Positions 11,901 to 22,600 of a DNA stretch of 64,000 nucleotides are shown here, piece after piece. The translations under genes and the position numbers were made by a program. The stretch covers positions 16,556,001 to 16,620,000 of the forward strand of contig CM075989.1 of the NCBI GenBank assembly GCA_038087875.1, given 5' to 3'. Positions within the stretch are counted from its first letter, which is position 1. The number at the start of each line of letters is the position of its first letter. The DNA is from Malacoraja senta. Taxonomy: Eukaryota. Under the pieces are notes generated by a model. It was not told where the DNA came from, did no database searches, and saw only the letters and a program-made list of their open reading frames with translations.

Positions 11901-13555
11901 CACCTTAACAAACGAAAAGAGTTGGGGGGTCTAGCGCTCCCTAACTTTATGTATTATAACTGGGCAGTAAATATTAAAAATATGATTCACCTGCTGGACA
12001 ATTCTGCCCAGCAGGTGGACTGGATTATAATGGAAAAAGGGGATTGCTCCCCGAATAATATAGGAGCGATTATTCTCTCTCCAATAAATTTGAATAATAA
12101 AAATTATAATAAAAATCCAATTATATATAGCACTATTAGAACATGGAAGCAAATAAAACAGAATCTAAAATTAAGAAACCTATCTCTCTTAATACCAATA
12201 GTCAATAACCCATCGTTTAAACCTTCAATCATAGATAAAGCATTTATACAATGGGAAAGAATGGGAATTAAAACGCTCGAAGATCTGTATGAATTAGAAA
12301 AATTACTATCATTCCAACAACTACAACTGAAATATAATTTGAAAAATAATCAATATTTTAAATATCTACAAATCTGTGACTATTTGAAAACACACACAAA
12401 AGATTATTATAATATGCCTTCCGACTTACTAGATGAAGCAATGAAGACAAAGGCGGAATCAGTTAATTTAATATCATACTTATATAATATCATCTTAAAT
12501 ATAGAAATACCCACAACAGATGGAATTAGAAGAGATTGGGAACAAGATCTAGGTATAAAAATTTCAAAAGAGAGTTGGGATAATCATTTATTACAGGTGC
12601 ATAAATGCTCGATCAACGTACGACATACGCTTATCCAATTTAAAACATTACATAGATTATATTATTCAAAAACCAAACTAAATAAAATCTTTCCTAACGT
12701 CTCACCAATCTGTGATAAATGTATATGTCAAGAAGCTACCATAGCACATTCTTTTGTTTTTTGTACAAAAATCCAAAAATTCTGGTTTGAAATATTTGAT
12801 ATTTTTTCAAAATTAATCAAAATAAAACTGGTACCAAAACCAGAATGGATTATTTTTGGAATATCGGAAGGTATTCCTGAATTAAACGTGTATCAGAAGA
12901 ATTTACTCAATTATGGGCTAATAATGGGAAAAAAGCTTATACTTAAATTCTGGAAAAATGCGCCCACACCAACAATAAAAATGTGGACATCAAATATGTT
13001 GGAAACATTACATCTGGAAGAGATGAGATTCCTCCTAGTAGGCAAAGTAGATCAATTTCAAAAGACGTGGTCTACGTTTTTGGACCTATTACAAGCATGA
13101 GGTGCAATAGTAATTTAGAAAAACAAATAAATAAATAAAAGGTATCTGGACCTGGTAATGGGAGGTAAAATAAAAACAGACTTGGTTGGTAGTTCCTTCT
13201 CTATGAAGTATGGTATAAGAATTATAATAGAGCGATTGTTCCTTCTTTCTTTCTCTTTTTTTTTCTAGGGTCTATTTTCTAACTTTACTTCCTTCTCTAA
13301 CTTCTTTTCTAAGGGGCTTTCTTTTCCCAACACTCTTTTGCACTTCACAACCTTTGTGCACTTTCTTCACTTTTCTTACTTCTTTCTTTTTCTTTCTTAA
13401 AGTTTAAAAAAGTGAAGCGGTACAAAAAATGTATTAATATATACGTGTTGTACATTACTGTAATCTACCGTACTTCTAAAAAATAAAAAATAAAAAAATA
13501 AAAATAAAAAAAAAAAAGAAAAAAAAAATAAAAATAAAAAAAAAAAAAAAAAAAA
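8946..13555 (+). mobile_element. L1-clade LINE, 5'-truncated (ORF1 absent), with intact ORF2, 3' UTR and an A-rich tail of about 78 nt
   Basis: ORF2 at 9309-13100, T-rich 3' UTR, A-rich tail at 13478-13555. Antisense to ARNT2. Confidence 0.95.
9309..13100 (+). CDS. L1 ORF2p (APE endonuclease, reverse transcriptase and C-terminal CCHC), 1263 aa, uninterrupted
   Basis: Endonuclease motifs SWNIRG, LQETH, GGDFN, SRIDY and SDHSP; RT motifs PGPDGF, SLDAEKAFD, RQGCSLSP, YADD and KYLGI; zinc knuckle CDKC...H....C. Confidence 0.96.
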   Translation: MHDDNQKKIGGITLCSWNIRGINEPIKRGKILAQLKSYNTDIAFLQETHLKQQDQTRLRANWIGQTFHSSFTSKSRGTAIIIRKGIPFKSKNTILDKEGRYLIVAGEINNMPITLVNIYAPNFDNPQFFNKILNIIAESNYQNVIIGGDFNCVLDPYLDKSMQKQKGQTKSKTSELLHTYMENTNITDVWRIANPTGRDYSFYSMVHKTYSRIDYFLVDTKLISQSLNPKYHINAISDHSPLTFVLKLEGMSMNKPFWRFNSQILKDPQGSIYLKKQMDLFFELNDTPEISPTLLWESFKAFIRGVIISFQAYQNKKNKNEQRHLEDQIKQLDIDNAKDPTMDKHNKILLLKFQLNKLLSEKVITLFQITKQEHFEFGDKPHKLLARQLKKREKENAILKIKSDRGEVLTLPKDINKRFAQFYQNLYTSKTSIDNNKISEFLDNCNLPQLERREQEELGAQITSKEIEDTIKTLKNGKTPGPDGFSNEFYKSFYDIVTPRLQKMYTYAYKEQNLPETLAESTIILILKKDKNIEEPGSYRAIALLNTDQKIIAKTLANRLSKYVSRLIHEDQTGFIPKRHSFNNLRRLLNIMHSHKSDDQELAIISLDAEKAFDQVEWDYMIKVLQKFQLGENFIAWIKLLYNKPTARILTNNILSSKFELSRGNRQGCSLSPLLFALVIEPLAEKIRTHSNIHGYNTKYSNNKLSLYADDVLLYITKPQISIPNILNLIEDFGSFSGYRINWNKSEIMSIKPKDSTHLRKFPFKIAMEKFKYLGIEITRNYHDMFKANYNPLLKKLNNLIKFWKTLPMSLIGRINAIKMIFLPQILYLFQSIPIYLPKKFFKKLDSDITNFIWDYKSHRIQRTHLNKRKELGGLALPNFMYYNWAVNIKNMIHLLDNSAQQVDWIIMEKGDCSPNNIGAIILSPINLNNKNYNKNPIIYSTIRTWKQIKQNLKLRNLSLLIPIVNNPSFKPSIIDKAFIQWERMGIKTLEDLYELEKLLSFQQLQLKYNLKNNQYFKYLQICDYLKTHTKDYYNMPSDLLDEAMKTKAESVNLISYLYNIILNIEIPTTDGIRRDWEQDLGIKISKESWDNHLLQVHKCSINVRHTLIQFKTLHRLYYSKTKLNKIFPNVSPICDKCICQEATIAHSFVFCTKIQKFWFEIFDIFSKLIKIKLVPKPEWIIFGISEGIPELNVYQKNLLNYGLIMGKKLILKFWKNAPTPTIKMWTSNMLETLHLEEMRFLLVGKVDQFQKTWSTFLDLLQA

Positions 13556-15645
13556 GATTTTCACTTTTGCTCTCCTTATCCCTTTCCCCCTCTGCCACTT
13601 CAAACATAGTTGTTTTCTCACTTTTTCATTCCTGATGAAAGGTCAATAACATCAAGTCAGAAATGTATTTATGTCACATGTACTGAAATCCTTACTTGCT
13701 GCCACTTTACAGGCACATTAGACTCAACAACAAAATATACAGTAAATTATCAATATTTCGAAGTAAACTAGACCATATTAGTACGCGGAGCAACCAGAGT
13801 ACTGCAAAGTCCACAATGGTTTGGTGCTGAAGTAATGTTGTGGTTAGGTTTGTGCAGGCTGGTTGATGGGAGGAACTCCTGATGGGAGCTCCTGAAACCT
13901 GGAGATAACAGTGATTCTCTGTCCCTTGTACCTTCCTCCCGATGGGAGCAGTGGGTAGAGAGATTGGCCAGGATGGTGCAGGTTTGAGATAATATTACCC
14001 TTCTTCTTGAAGGAGCGCTGCCTGTAGGCCCCTTCAATGGTGGGAAGGTCAGTGATGTTCTCGGCAATGTCCACCAGTTTCTAAAGCCTCCTTCATTCAA
14101 AGTTCTGAACCAAACCATGATGCAACCAGTCAATATGCTCTCCACAATATACCTTTGGAAGTTCAATAGAATATTCGGTAAGATGCCGAATCTCCTCAAA
14201 ATCTGGTGTGTTAGTCTTGTTGGTAAGACAGGATGTACCAAAGGAATGTAACTGAAGAGTCCGGTAGATTATCTCTGTGGAATCAGGGCATGAGCAATGC
14301 CTTGTTAGGCTTTTGCTTGACTGGTCCGACTAACTTGACTAACTCTTCTTATTTATAAAGAAGTCCCCAAACATTTGTGAGGATAATGCAAAATCAACTG
14401 GGTTTCGAGTGAATTTGATGTCTGCATTCGGTGCCAGTGTAAGTGCTTTAGGGTGCCAGAAAAGTGAATCACTAACCACAGGATACACAGTGTCTGATCT
14501 GCTCTTACAGCCACGATGTAAGTGTGACTGGTCCAGTTAAGCAACATGCCTGATGTTCCAAGCAGTTTTATTCCTTTTGCTTCAATGTAGTAATAACAAT
14601 ATAACCGGGTAGTTTGTTAGACCAGTTCAGAGCGTATTAAGAGGCAATCATTTGGGGTGGCCTGGAGTTATATGTGGGTCACAGCAGAAAGATGGCAAAT
14701 TTTCACAGCCATCATTATGAAGACTGGTTGGTGCTTTATCTCCAGATAACAGATTATTAACAGAATTCAAATTCCATGGCTTTGATGGTGGGATTTGAAC
14801 TTGGGTCTCTGGATCTTTACTTCAGGCCTCTGGATTACTCGTCTGGTAAATTAACTGCTCCATACCTTAGGGAGAAATAAAAGGCAGGTCCAGTAGGAAT
14901 GTGTGACGAGATGCAAATTTATGGTTAAAGTGATAGACTGAGGAGACTTTTGATTAGGATAACAGTGACAAAGTTAAGGGCTTCAAGGAGAGAAGTCAAA
15001 ATAAAATAATTATGAAATATGCTGACACCACAAGTCTGATGAAAGGTTTAGTATCTGAACTGTTAATTATTTCTTTTTCCATTGAAGTTGCTTGACCTGC
15101 TGAGTATTTTCAGCACCTTCTGTTGTTATTACTATAGTGTTGGGTTGGCATTATTGGCAAAGATAGATTTTGAAGCACATATGTCTTTCCATTTAATCAG
15201 TCTATCCCCTTCTGAAGTCTGTTAAAATTCTCCTCATTATTTCATTTCATATGGAAACTAGCATTTTATTCTATATCCTCATGTCCAGGACATTAATATA
15301 TGTCAATATATCAAATACCAAGGTCCTTCATAGAAGCCGTATCAAATACAATTCTAGCCATATAAAACAATAGTAGGTGAAATGGCCAAAAGCTTTATCA
15401 AAGAAACAGGTTTGAAAGAGTGGCTTCATAAGAGATTGAGAGGTAGATATTTGGAAGGTTTTTCTGAAGGAAACAAAGAGCTAAAGGGATTGGCATTTGA
15501 AGGGAAAGCAGCAAATAGTGATGAAAATTGGGAATGTCAGGGTTTTCTGAAGGTTGAATGGCTGAAGAGGTAGAGGGTAGCAAGGAAACAAACAGCAGAT
15601 CCGTAAGGTGAACAAATGTTGAATGTAGTGATATAGAGCTGAAGA
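13555..15645 (+). repeat. 2,091-bp direct repeat, copy 2 (immediately 3' of the L1 poly-A tail)
   Basis: Begins at the last A of the tail (agattttcacttttgc) and ends ...gagctgaaga, the same boundaries as copy 1. Confidence 0.97.
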
Positions 15646-17444
15646 TGGTCAAAGTGAGGCTGCACAGAATTTGAAAGTGAAGATATTATAAACTGAATGA
15701 ACTCCCCAAACTATCCCCTTTAAAAAGGAAGATAAAATTCTACTTGTCTTGTCAGTCATGTTCTTTGTTCCCAGATTGATTACAAAGAGTGTCTTTTGAT
15801 TTTCAAAACTTGCGATTAGAGGCTCGAAAAAACGTCCCTTGACCAACACCCTTGAAAGAACAGAAACAGACACTGCGCCCTTTCACAGGATCACAAAAGA
15901 CACACGAATTCTGAGTTCCCAGATCAAGGGCTTCCGATTACACAACAGATAAATCTGATGATACCGTTCCATGTTATTCTTGGCCCCAAGTATGCAATAC
16001 ATAGGTCCAAGTTTCCCACTGCAGTTCATATCGTTTTCTTTCCTAGGAAAATAAACGTGAACACAATGCTTACAGGTTCAAAACCAGATGTCCATTTGTT
16101 TCACATTCCTCTCTTCCTCGTTGCATGTTATCAAATCTCTGATAACACCAGCAGCTCAGGCTAGGTCAGAAATAACTTTATGGATGCAAGAACAAAGTGT
16201 TGAATGAGGGGCTCGGATAAAATTTGTATTTTTCTCCAGCTACATTGTAACGCCAGTGAAAACAACATTGCCTACAGTGCTGCTCTCCAAACTAAGCACG
16301 GTGTTTTAACTGATAAGATTGGTGTATAATGGAAAGATTGAATGAGACGCATGCTCAATAATAAAGTGCATGAATATATTGCCGGATGCATTATGTTACA
16401 AAATAGATTGATTAAAGACACTGTAGTTAAGGAATCTGTTGAATTCAAGGGTGCTGGTCAAGGTTGTTTTGGCTGAAACAGCATTCAGGGCCATTATTTC
16501 ATCTTAAAAAATGGGGAAAAAAGGGAAAATAGGAAAATTGAAATAAATTATACTTAAATATCAGGAGAGGAGGGCTTAAGGTTGTTTACAAACAATTAGG
16601 TAGTTTAGATGTTTTGCACAGGATACAGGACATGATATATGGTAGCCTATTTGCAGAAAGTAAGATCCTACAAATAGCATTGAGATAATAGCCATGCTCG
16701 CCTATGCCTCTATGCTCCTTGCTGGTCAACTTGACTTCTGTGCTGGGGCTTTGAAAAAGGTCAAGTCAGCGGCATGAAGAAGGCTAGATGCAAGCACATT
16801 TGACCTTCCACTCTATAGCTGGGCTCCCCTTTAAATCCAGTAGCACTGCAATAACTGCTGAGCTAAGAGACCAGACACATTTTGTTGAAATGCCTCAGTT
16901 TTATGCGAGCAAATTAAGGGCAGTGCAATCCGTGAAGGAGTCAGAGCTTATTCATTTTACTTGATTCTATCTTAATGTTGTTAATTATTTCTAATTATTT
17001 CAAGTAGTTTACTTCATTTTTAAATTAAATTGCTTTACATTTTTACTTTATTTGGAAACATTTCCAATAGTCTTAAATGTCTCCAATTATCCGATCCAGG
17101 ATTGCAACCCTGTTATAAACCATCACAGTGTCTGTGATGGATCCCATTGGAGGGCTAGTCACCACTTGTGACCTGCTCCAGCTCGAGAGGGGCTTGCCAA
17201 GTACAGAAGATTGCTAGTAAGATTAAACGAGAACTTACCTAAGTTTGAAGTTTGATCTTTATTTTATGAGGAGTTACGTAGGTGATTACGTGAAGAACCC
17301 CGCCAGTGCGCCTGCGCGTCAATCTTCAAAGCAGCGGTGTGAAATCACAAAAAACAACAACCGAAGTAATATAGTCTCATAATAAAACGAGTAATACAAG
17401 AACTTCCATCTGACCTTTATGATAGAGGGTAGGGTCGTGGTGGG

Positions 17445-17558
17445 CACGTAATCACCTACGTAACTCCTCATAAAATAAAGATCAAACTTCAAACTTAGGT
17501 AAGTTCTCGTTTAATCTTACTATTTTACTTCGGAGTCACGCGAGTGACTACGTGAAGA
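17445..17558. repeat. DIRS internal complementary region (ICR)
   Basis: 17445-17522 is the reverse complement of 17215-17292. 17522-17558 is the reverse complement of 21902-21938 with one mismatch. Confidence 0.93.
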
Positions 17559-17726
17559 TTTTAAAGCTTTGTGATTTCATGCCGTGGATCAATCCCGGCT
17601 TCTCACTGCATAGATTGACTCGGAACGAGAATAATCAATCATGCATTCATAATAACATTTGTACCACAAATGCAGTAATTCATTTCAATAATGAAATGAA
17701 TCAGATCCCCTTTAAACCAGAGGAAT

Positions 17727-18660
17727 TTACACAGAACTTAAAATAGTTTCTGCAAACAACCCCGCATTAACAATAGGCCGATGGTAAAAATGTTGAAACA
17801 TCAACTCATTGGACCACCCGGCGGCTGCGAGGATATGGTCGACGGGGCCATCTTTTGCCCTGGCCGCCGACGTTTCTGCTGCCCTAGTCGAGTGAGACGT
17901 AAAAACATAAGTGTTAATACCAGCAGCTGTTAAGACTTCTTTTATCCATCTGGAAATAGTCTGTATTGAAACTCTCTTGTGTGGTTTCTTGTGTGTGATC
18001 AACAACCCAGTTTCCGTATTCTCAAATTCTTTGTGACCTCAATGTATTGTAATAAATATGTCTTAATACAGAGACATGGATCATTTGGATATGCTGCTAG
18101 CATAATTTTAAATCCTGTCACACCTGGCCTAATTTACTTTAGTAGGTCATAGATATAGAATGTAACCTTGTCTTCAGTTACTTCCATACTATCTATTTGT
18201 AATTTTCCAAGTGTTTGCACTCGTTGTGCTGTCACTCATGCCATAAGCATGAATACTTTCATACTGAACTTGACCAAAGGTAAAGACACACTTGATGACC
18301 ATTCACGAAGTAGTTTCAGTACCACACTTACATCCCAGATTGTCACGTACCTAGGTTTCGGTGGTTTGGAATTAAAGATTCCTTTCATTAGTCTGGAAAC
18401 AATTGGGTGTGACCCAATTGCGTTTCTTTCTGAATCCAGAACCAAATATGAGGACAATGCACTTCTGGCTGAATTAATTGCACTACAACTCAGACCTTCA
18501 TCATAATAAAGTTTTGACAGAAATTCTAAACATTTGAAATATCTGCAGTACTTTATTGCACATTCTTTTGTACACAGAACTCTTCCCATTTCTTAATATA
18601 AGAAAGGTACTATTTTTGAGTGCTCTTCCTCCCGGCTGCCGTAAGCATGTCCACAGTATG
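17727..18660 (-). pseudogene. DIRS tyrosine recombinase, frameshifted
   Basis: INSARSALS, HPIVSRLMKGIFNSKPPKPRY..WDV, TISRWIK, FTSHSTRAA and AAAGWS...F..FY motifs. Confidence 0.88.
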
Positions 18661-18797
18661 CTCAGACAGTCCTCGTCCCAGAAAAGGCATTCTTAAAATC
18701 TGCAAATCAACAAATCCAAACGATGATATAATGGATGTTGTTACCCTGTTACAGGGTGCAGCAATAAATTACTCCTTTTTGGGACTTTCATCAACAT

Positions 18798-20200
18798 TTA
18801 TGTTGTTAATTCTAATATCAACATATACCATGGCTGTATAGGCCAATCTGGTACTACCAACACCCTTGAAGCAGCATCTTGCCTGATTTTAAGCAAACAT
18901 TGGCTTATGAGGCAGAAAGGTGGAAATATATATGAAAACATACCACCCCAATGTAGCGAGAAAGCATCAATCGCCACTGCTCCTGGATCTGGTTTCCATG
19001 AGACATATCTCGATAGCTCATGATTCAAGTCGATGTCGGTCATTCCAAATCTGATTACTATATCATTGAATACCTCTTGATTCAACATCCATTCTTTATT
19101 ATCATGGAACTTTTCGTGACCAGGTGTCTGCTATCATGTTCATTCTACCTGGTAGATAGATAGCTGAAATCCAAATGTTCTTTTCAATACACCAAGACCC
19201 AAGTTGATTTAACCATTTTGTCACATGACACCGACTTAATTCCACCCATATCATTAATATAGGCAACTACTGTTGTATTTATTAATTTGAACTTGAACCT
19301 TCCTTTTAGTTGTGTTAGAACCATAAGCTTGGAGTCCATAGAAACCTCTTAAAAGCTCCAAATAGGTAATTCCCCATGTCTGCAGTAACACTAACTTTTC
19401 CTGATTCCATCTGCCTCCGCAGCTCCATGTTAAGTCAGTTGCACCCCATCCTAGTGCACTGGCATCAGTTTGTAATATCATGGAAGGTTGTTCAATCAGC
19501 ACTTTGCCTGAACTGCTTGAGACATGTAGAATCCACCACTGCAGCTTAGAAACAGCATTTGTTGTTACTTGCATGGTTCTATCAAAATGACCAGCATTTA
19601 CTCTCAGTGCCTGTTCTTTAATTCTCTGCAGCTGTTGATAATGTAATTGTCCATACTGGACTGCTGGGAATCTACTAATTTTCCCAGTACTCGAGCCACC
19701 TGTCTGATTAGAGGTTTTTGCTCGTTTAACAGATTACTGTAATCTTTACTCAACTCCACCCTTTTTTCACTGGGCAAAGTAATTTGCATTTGGGCTAACT
19801 CAATTGTGAACCCCAAATAATCAATCGAGGTACATGTTTTTAACCTTGATTTCTTTGGATGAATTTAGAAACCCCCAAACTTTCAAAAGTTTGATTTTAT
19901 TACTGCAACCGATGCTTCTGTTGACTGTTTTGTCCTTCCTATAATCAGGACATCATCCAGGTATGCCATTAGTACATGCCCCTGGCTCTCAGCAACCCCA
20001 GAATTGATTTTTATGAATATTCTGGAAGGGACGTTAACCCTTTAGGCAGAGCTTTGAACTGCCCTAATTGGTTCATCCATGTAAATTTAAAATACTTCAT
20101 ATCTTGCAAATGAACAGACACTGAACAAAAGGATTCAGACTTGTCAAGTCTATAATAATCCTACATCCTCCATCCTTTTTTGATCGAGGGAATATATTTG
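18798..20200 (-). pseudogene. DIRS pol remnant: RT, RNase H and DNA N6-adenine methyltransferase-like domain (left boundary from the ORF track, right boundary approximate)
   Basis: MAYLDDV near 19960, LQTDASALGWG (RNase H), and DAFSLHW...YIFPPF...VVPDWPIQPWY (MT-like domain typical of DIRS1). Confidence 0.85.
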
Positions 20201-20282
20201 ACCCAAATTGGTGAATTTGGTAGACTGATTCTTTAATAACACCTTTTATATATAGGGTTTTGAAGCGCAACTTGAACCTCCA

Positions 20283-21727
20283 TTACTTCGCAAAGTGTAG
20301 AGTTCTGCTAGGAACATGCTGGACAGGCAAATCATAATTTGGATTGAATTCAATTCGAAATCCTTGTATATTATTCAGAATTACCACATCTGAAGTACTC
20401 TTCTTCCAATGTTTATAGAAGAGACGTAATCTGCCTCCAACTTTTGGACTTAATCCAGTTAGTATGTTCCCCTGAGAACCAGGTCCACCTACCTCTTGAG
20501 TCATTTGAGTATTCTGAGATCCCTGGATTCTCCCAGAAGCACAACCACTGGTCCTTACTCCCGCTGCAGGCCGCCAGCTACGTCCCTGCGTTGATGAGCG
20601 ACTTGGTCCTGGTCTAGGATCCGTATGACGTCTGAAAGGATACTTCCTCTTTACAGACTTTGCAACCATTGATGTATTTATCAATCCTGTTTTCGCTTCA
20701 TCTTCCAACTCTTTAATAAGTCTCCCGAGATCCTCTCCAAAGAGTAAGTTGGGTAATTGTATATTACTTGGTTTGCAGAGTGCTGCGAATTTTGGATTCA
20801 TAGTAGGCCGTATAGCACTTTCCTCAGATAATTGATCTCGAAGTGGGTGCTGCATAGCAACCCCAGTGCTTGCTGATGCAACTTCGTCATCTTTTGGTTG
20901 TTACCTGCTATTCTGGTAAAAGCAGTTATTCCAGAACCCAGCAGCTTTAATATTCTATGCAACTGATTCCAGATAATTTGGTTCACTGCTGCTGCTTTCA
21001 GCAACCCACAGTTACTTCTTGCAGTCTCATCCATTTCCTGCTGTTCCAGCTAATGGTAAACCAAGTAATTTATTAAGGAGGCCAGTTCTTCTCCTAATGG
21101 CTCTCCTGACCCTGACGGGGCAGCGAATCCTACTGCCAGGGGTGGAACATCTGGCAGCTGCCGTTCATCGCTTTGTACAGCCTCACCGTCAGAGTCGGGG
21201 TCTGAAATCTCATGACCCGTAGCACGCTCCTCATTCCTGAGGGTGCATTCCATCAGCCCTGAGCCAGGTGCTGTTAAGCTGCTCCTGCAGCTTGGATTAC
21301 AGTACACTCCTTCCTGAGTGAACTTTGCTCCAACAGCCTATAAAAAAGGCTTTCTATTTGGGCAATACGCTCGAAAGCAGTATCTAGCCCTGTACCAGGA
21401 GCTGTTTGAGCTGTTTCCAACAGCTTGGCTTTCAGTACACTCCTCCTTGAGTGAACTTTGCTCCAACAGCCTGTGTAAAAGGCTTTCTCCCTAGAGCTAC
21501 TTCCATTGCCTGGGACTCCCTCCGTGGGCCGTTGGGATTTAAACGTTGTCTTTTGCCCGACAGGCGCTGACTGTGTTTTCACCAGCCCCAGGTCCACAGT
21601 CGCTATGCTCACCGCTGGCGACTGTACCGGGGTTTAGAGGCGGTTGGTCTCTAACCGCGGACTCCCGACTTTCCCGACTTTCTGTCGGCTGTGTCGCTCG
21701 CCTCTTCCCCCTGTCCGTTTTTTCCAT
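20283..21727 (-). pseudogene. DIRS gag-like ORF1 remnant, fragmented
   Basis: Sits 5' of pol. Fragments AVNQIIW, IRPTMNPKFAALC and LLFGEDL resemble DIRS ORF1; VGGRLRLFYKHW marks the start of pol. Confidence 0.7.
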
Positions 21728-22011
21728 GGCGTCTGTGGAAAAAATCCGCATAGACCCACAGTAAACGGACCTGGAAAACATGAAAAAAGTTTTTACTTAC
21801 CTTGTAGTTGAAAAACTACAAACCACTGTAGGAGCTCTGCTCCTCACGTCCGTTTGCGTCAAGGCGTCTGACGTAATGACGCGCAGGCGCACTGGCGGGG
21901 TTCTTCACGTAGTCACTCACGTGACTCCGAAGTAAAATGCTCTGTATCTGGATCAAGTTGGCGCAGTGGGCCAGGTCCAGTACAATCCGACCTAACCTGT
22001 TTAAAGACTTA

Positions 22012-22487
22012 AGGGCCTGTCCCACGAGCATGCGACTGCATGCGGCAAGTGCGACCTAACCGGAAGCGGGGGCCGCGCGGAGGTCGAGTGATCCCCATAC
22101 AGGGCCGGTCCCACCAGCATGCAACTGCATGCGGCGAGCGCGACCAAACCGGAAGCGGGGGCCGCGCGGTGGTCGAGTGATTGACGTGAAGATCGAGCGA
22201 AGTCCGTGGGAAGTTCACGCGTGACGTACGGCGTCAAGATGCTGCGCACGCCCGTCAAGGCGGTGCGTACGGCGTCGAGGCGGCTGCGGGCCGGCAGCCC
22301 ATTGCCGCGCGGGATTTTTGAACAGTGTCAGTTTTTCGGAGCCCCACGCGATGTTGGGACCAGCTCCGCACAACTCCATACGGCTCTGGCGATCGAAGTG
22401 GGACAGGCCCCGCGAGGCCGTACGGCTCAAGCGACCACGTTAGGTCGCGCTTGCCGCATGCAGTCGCATGCTCGTGGGACAGGCCCT
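22012..22487. mobile_element. GC-rich MITE, PIF/Harbinger-like, with TTA TSD
   Basis: Termini AGGGCCTGTCCCACGAGCATGCGAC... and ...GTCGCATGCTCGTGGGACAGGCCCT, with TTA on both sides (22009-11 and 22488-90). Contains an internal repeat of the subterminal unit. Confidence 0.85.
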
Positions 22488-22490
22488 TTA

Positions 22491-22600
22491 TCTGATAAGT
22501 GCAGCACTCCCTCATTACTGCATTGAAGTGTCAGCCTGGGTTATGTGTTCAGAATTTTGGAGTGGGACTTGAGCCATGACCGTTAGTCTCAGAGGGGAAA
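22491..22600 (-). mobile_element. Deu-domain SINE remnant (SacSINE/AmnSINE-like)
   Basis: gtgcagcactccctcattactgcattgaagtgtcagcctg...gagtgggacttgagcc resembles the reverse complement of the DeuSINE core, as recalled. Confidence 0.6.

Larger units (their letters stand above)
17215..21938 (-). mobile_element. DIRS1-type tyrosine-recombinase retrotransposon, full length, ORFs decayed
   Basis: 35-bp perfect inverted repeat at 17287-17321 and 21877-21911; internal complementary region; gag-like, RT (AYLDD), RNase H, methyltransferase-like and tyrosine-recombinase remnants in DIRS order. Confidence 0.93.

Noticed and set aside
6855..15645. LTR retrotransposon (two long direct repeats around an RT gene)
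   Set aside because: The repeats lack TG...CA ends, PBS and PPT and consist of old intronic sequence. The interior is an APE-RT L1 with a poly-A tail and no integrase.
13555..15645. L1 3' transduction
   Set aside because: The sequence follows the poly-A tail, has no second poly-A at its end, and duplicates the DNA directly upstream of the same insertion.
18798..19088. DNA adenine methyltransferase-like ORF as a novel vertebrate methylase or bacterial transfer
   Set aside because: It is the known MT-like domain of DIRS1 pol, in its expected position, and the surrounding ORF is broken.
22001..22526. Cluster of overlapping 70-106 aa ORFs
   Set aside because: They are a by-product of the GC-rich, stop-poor MITE sequence.
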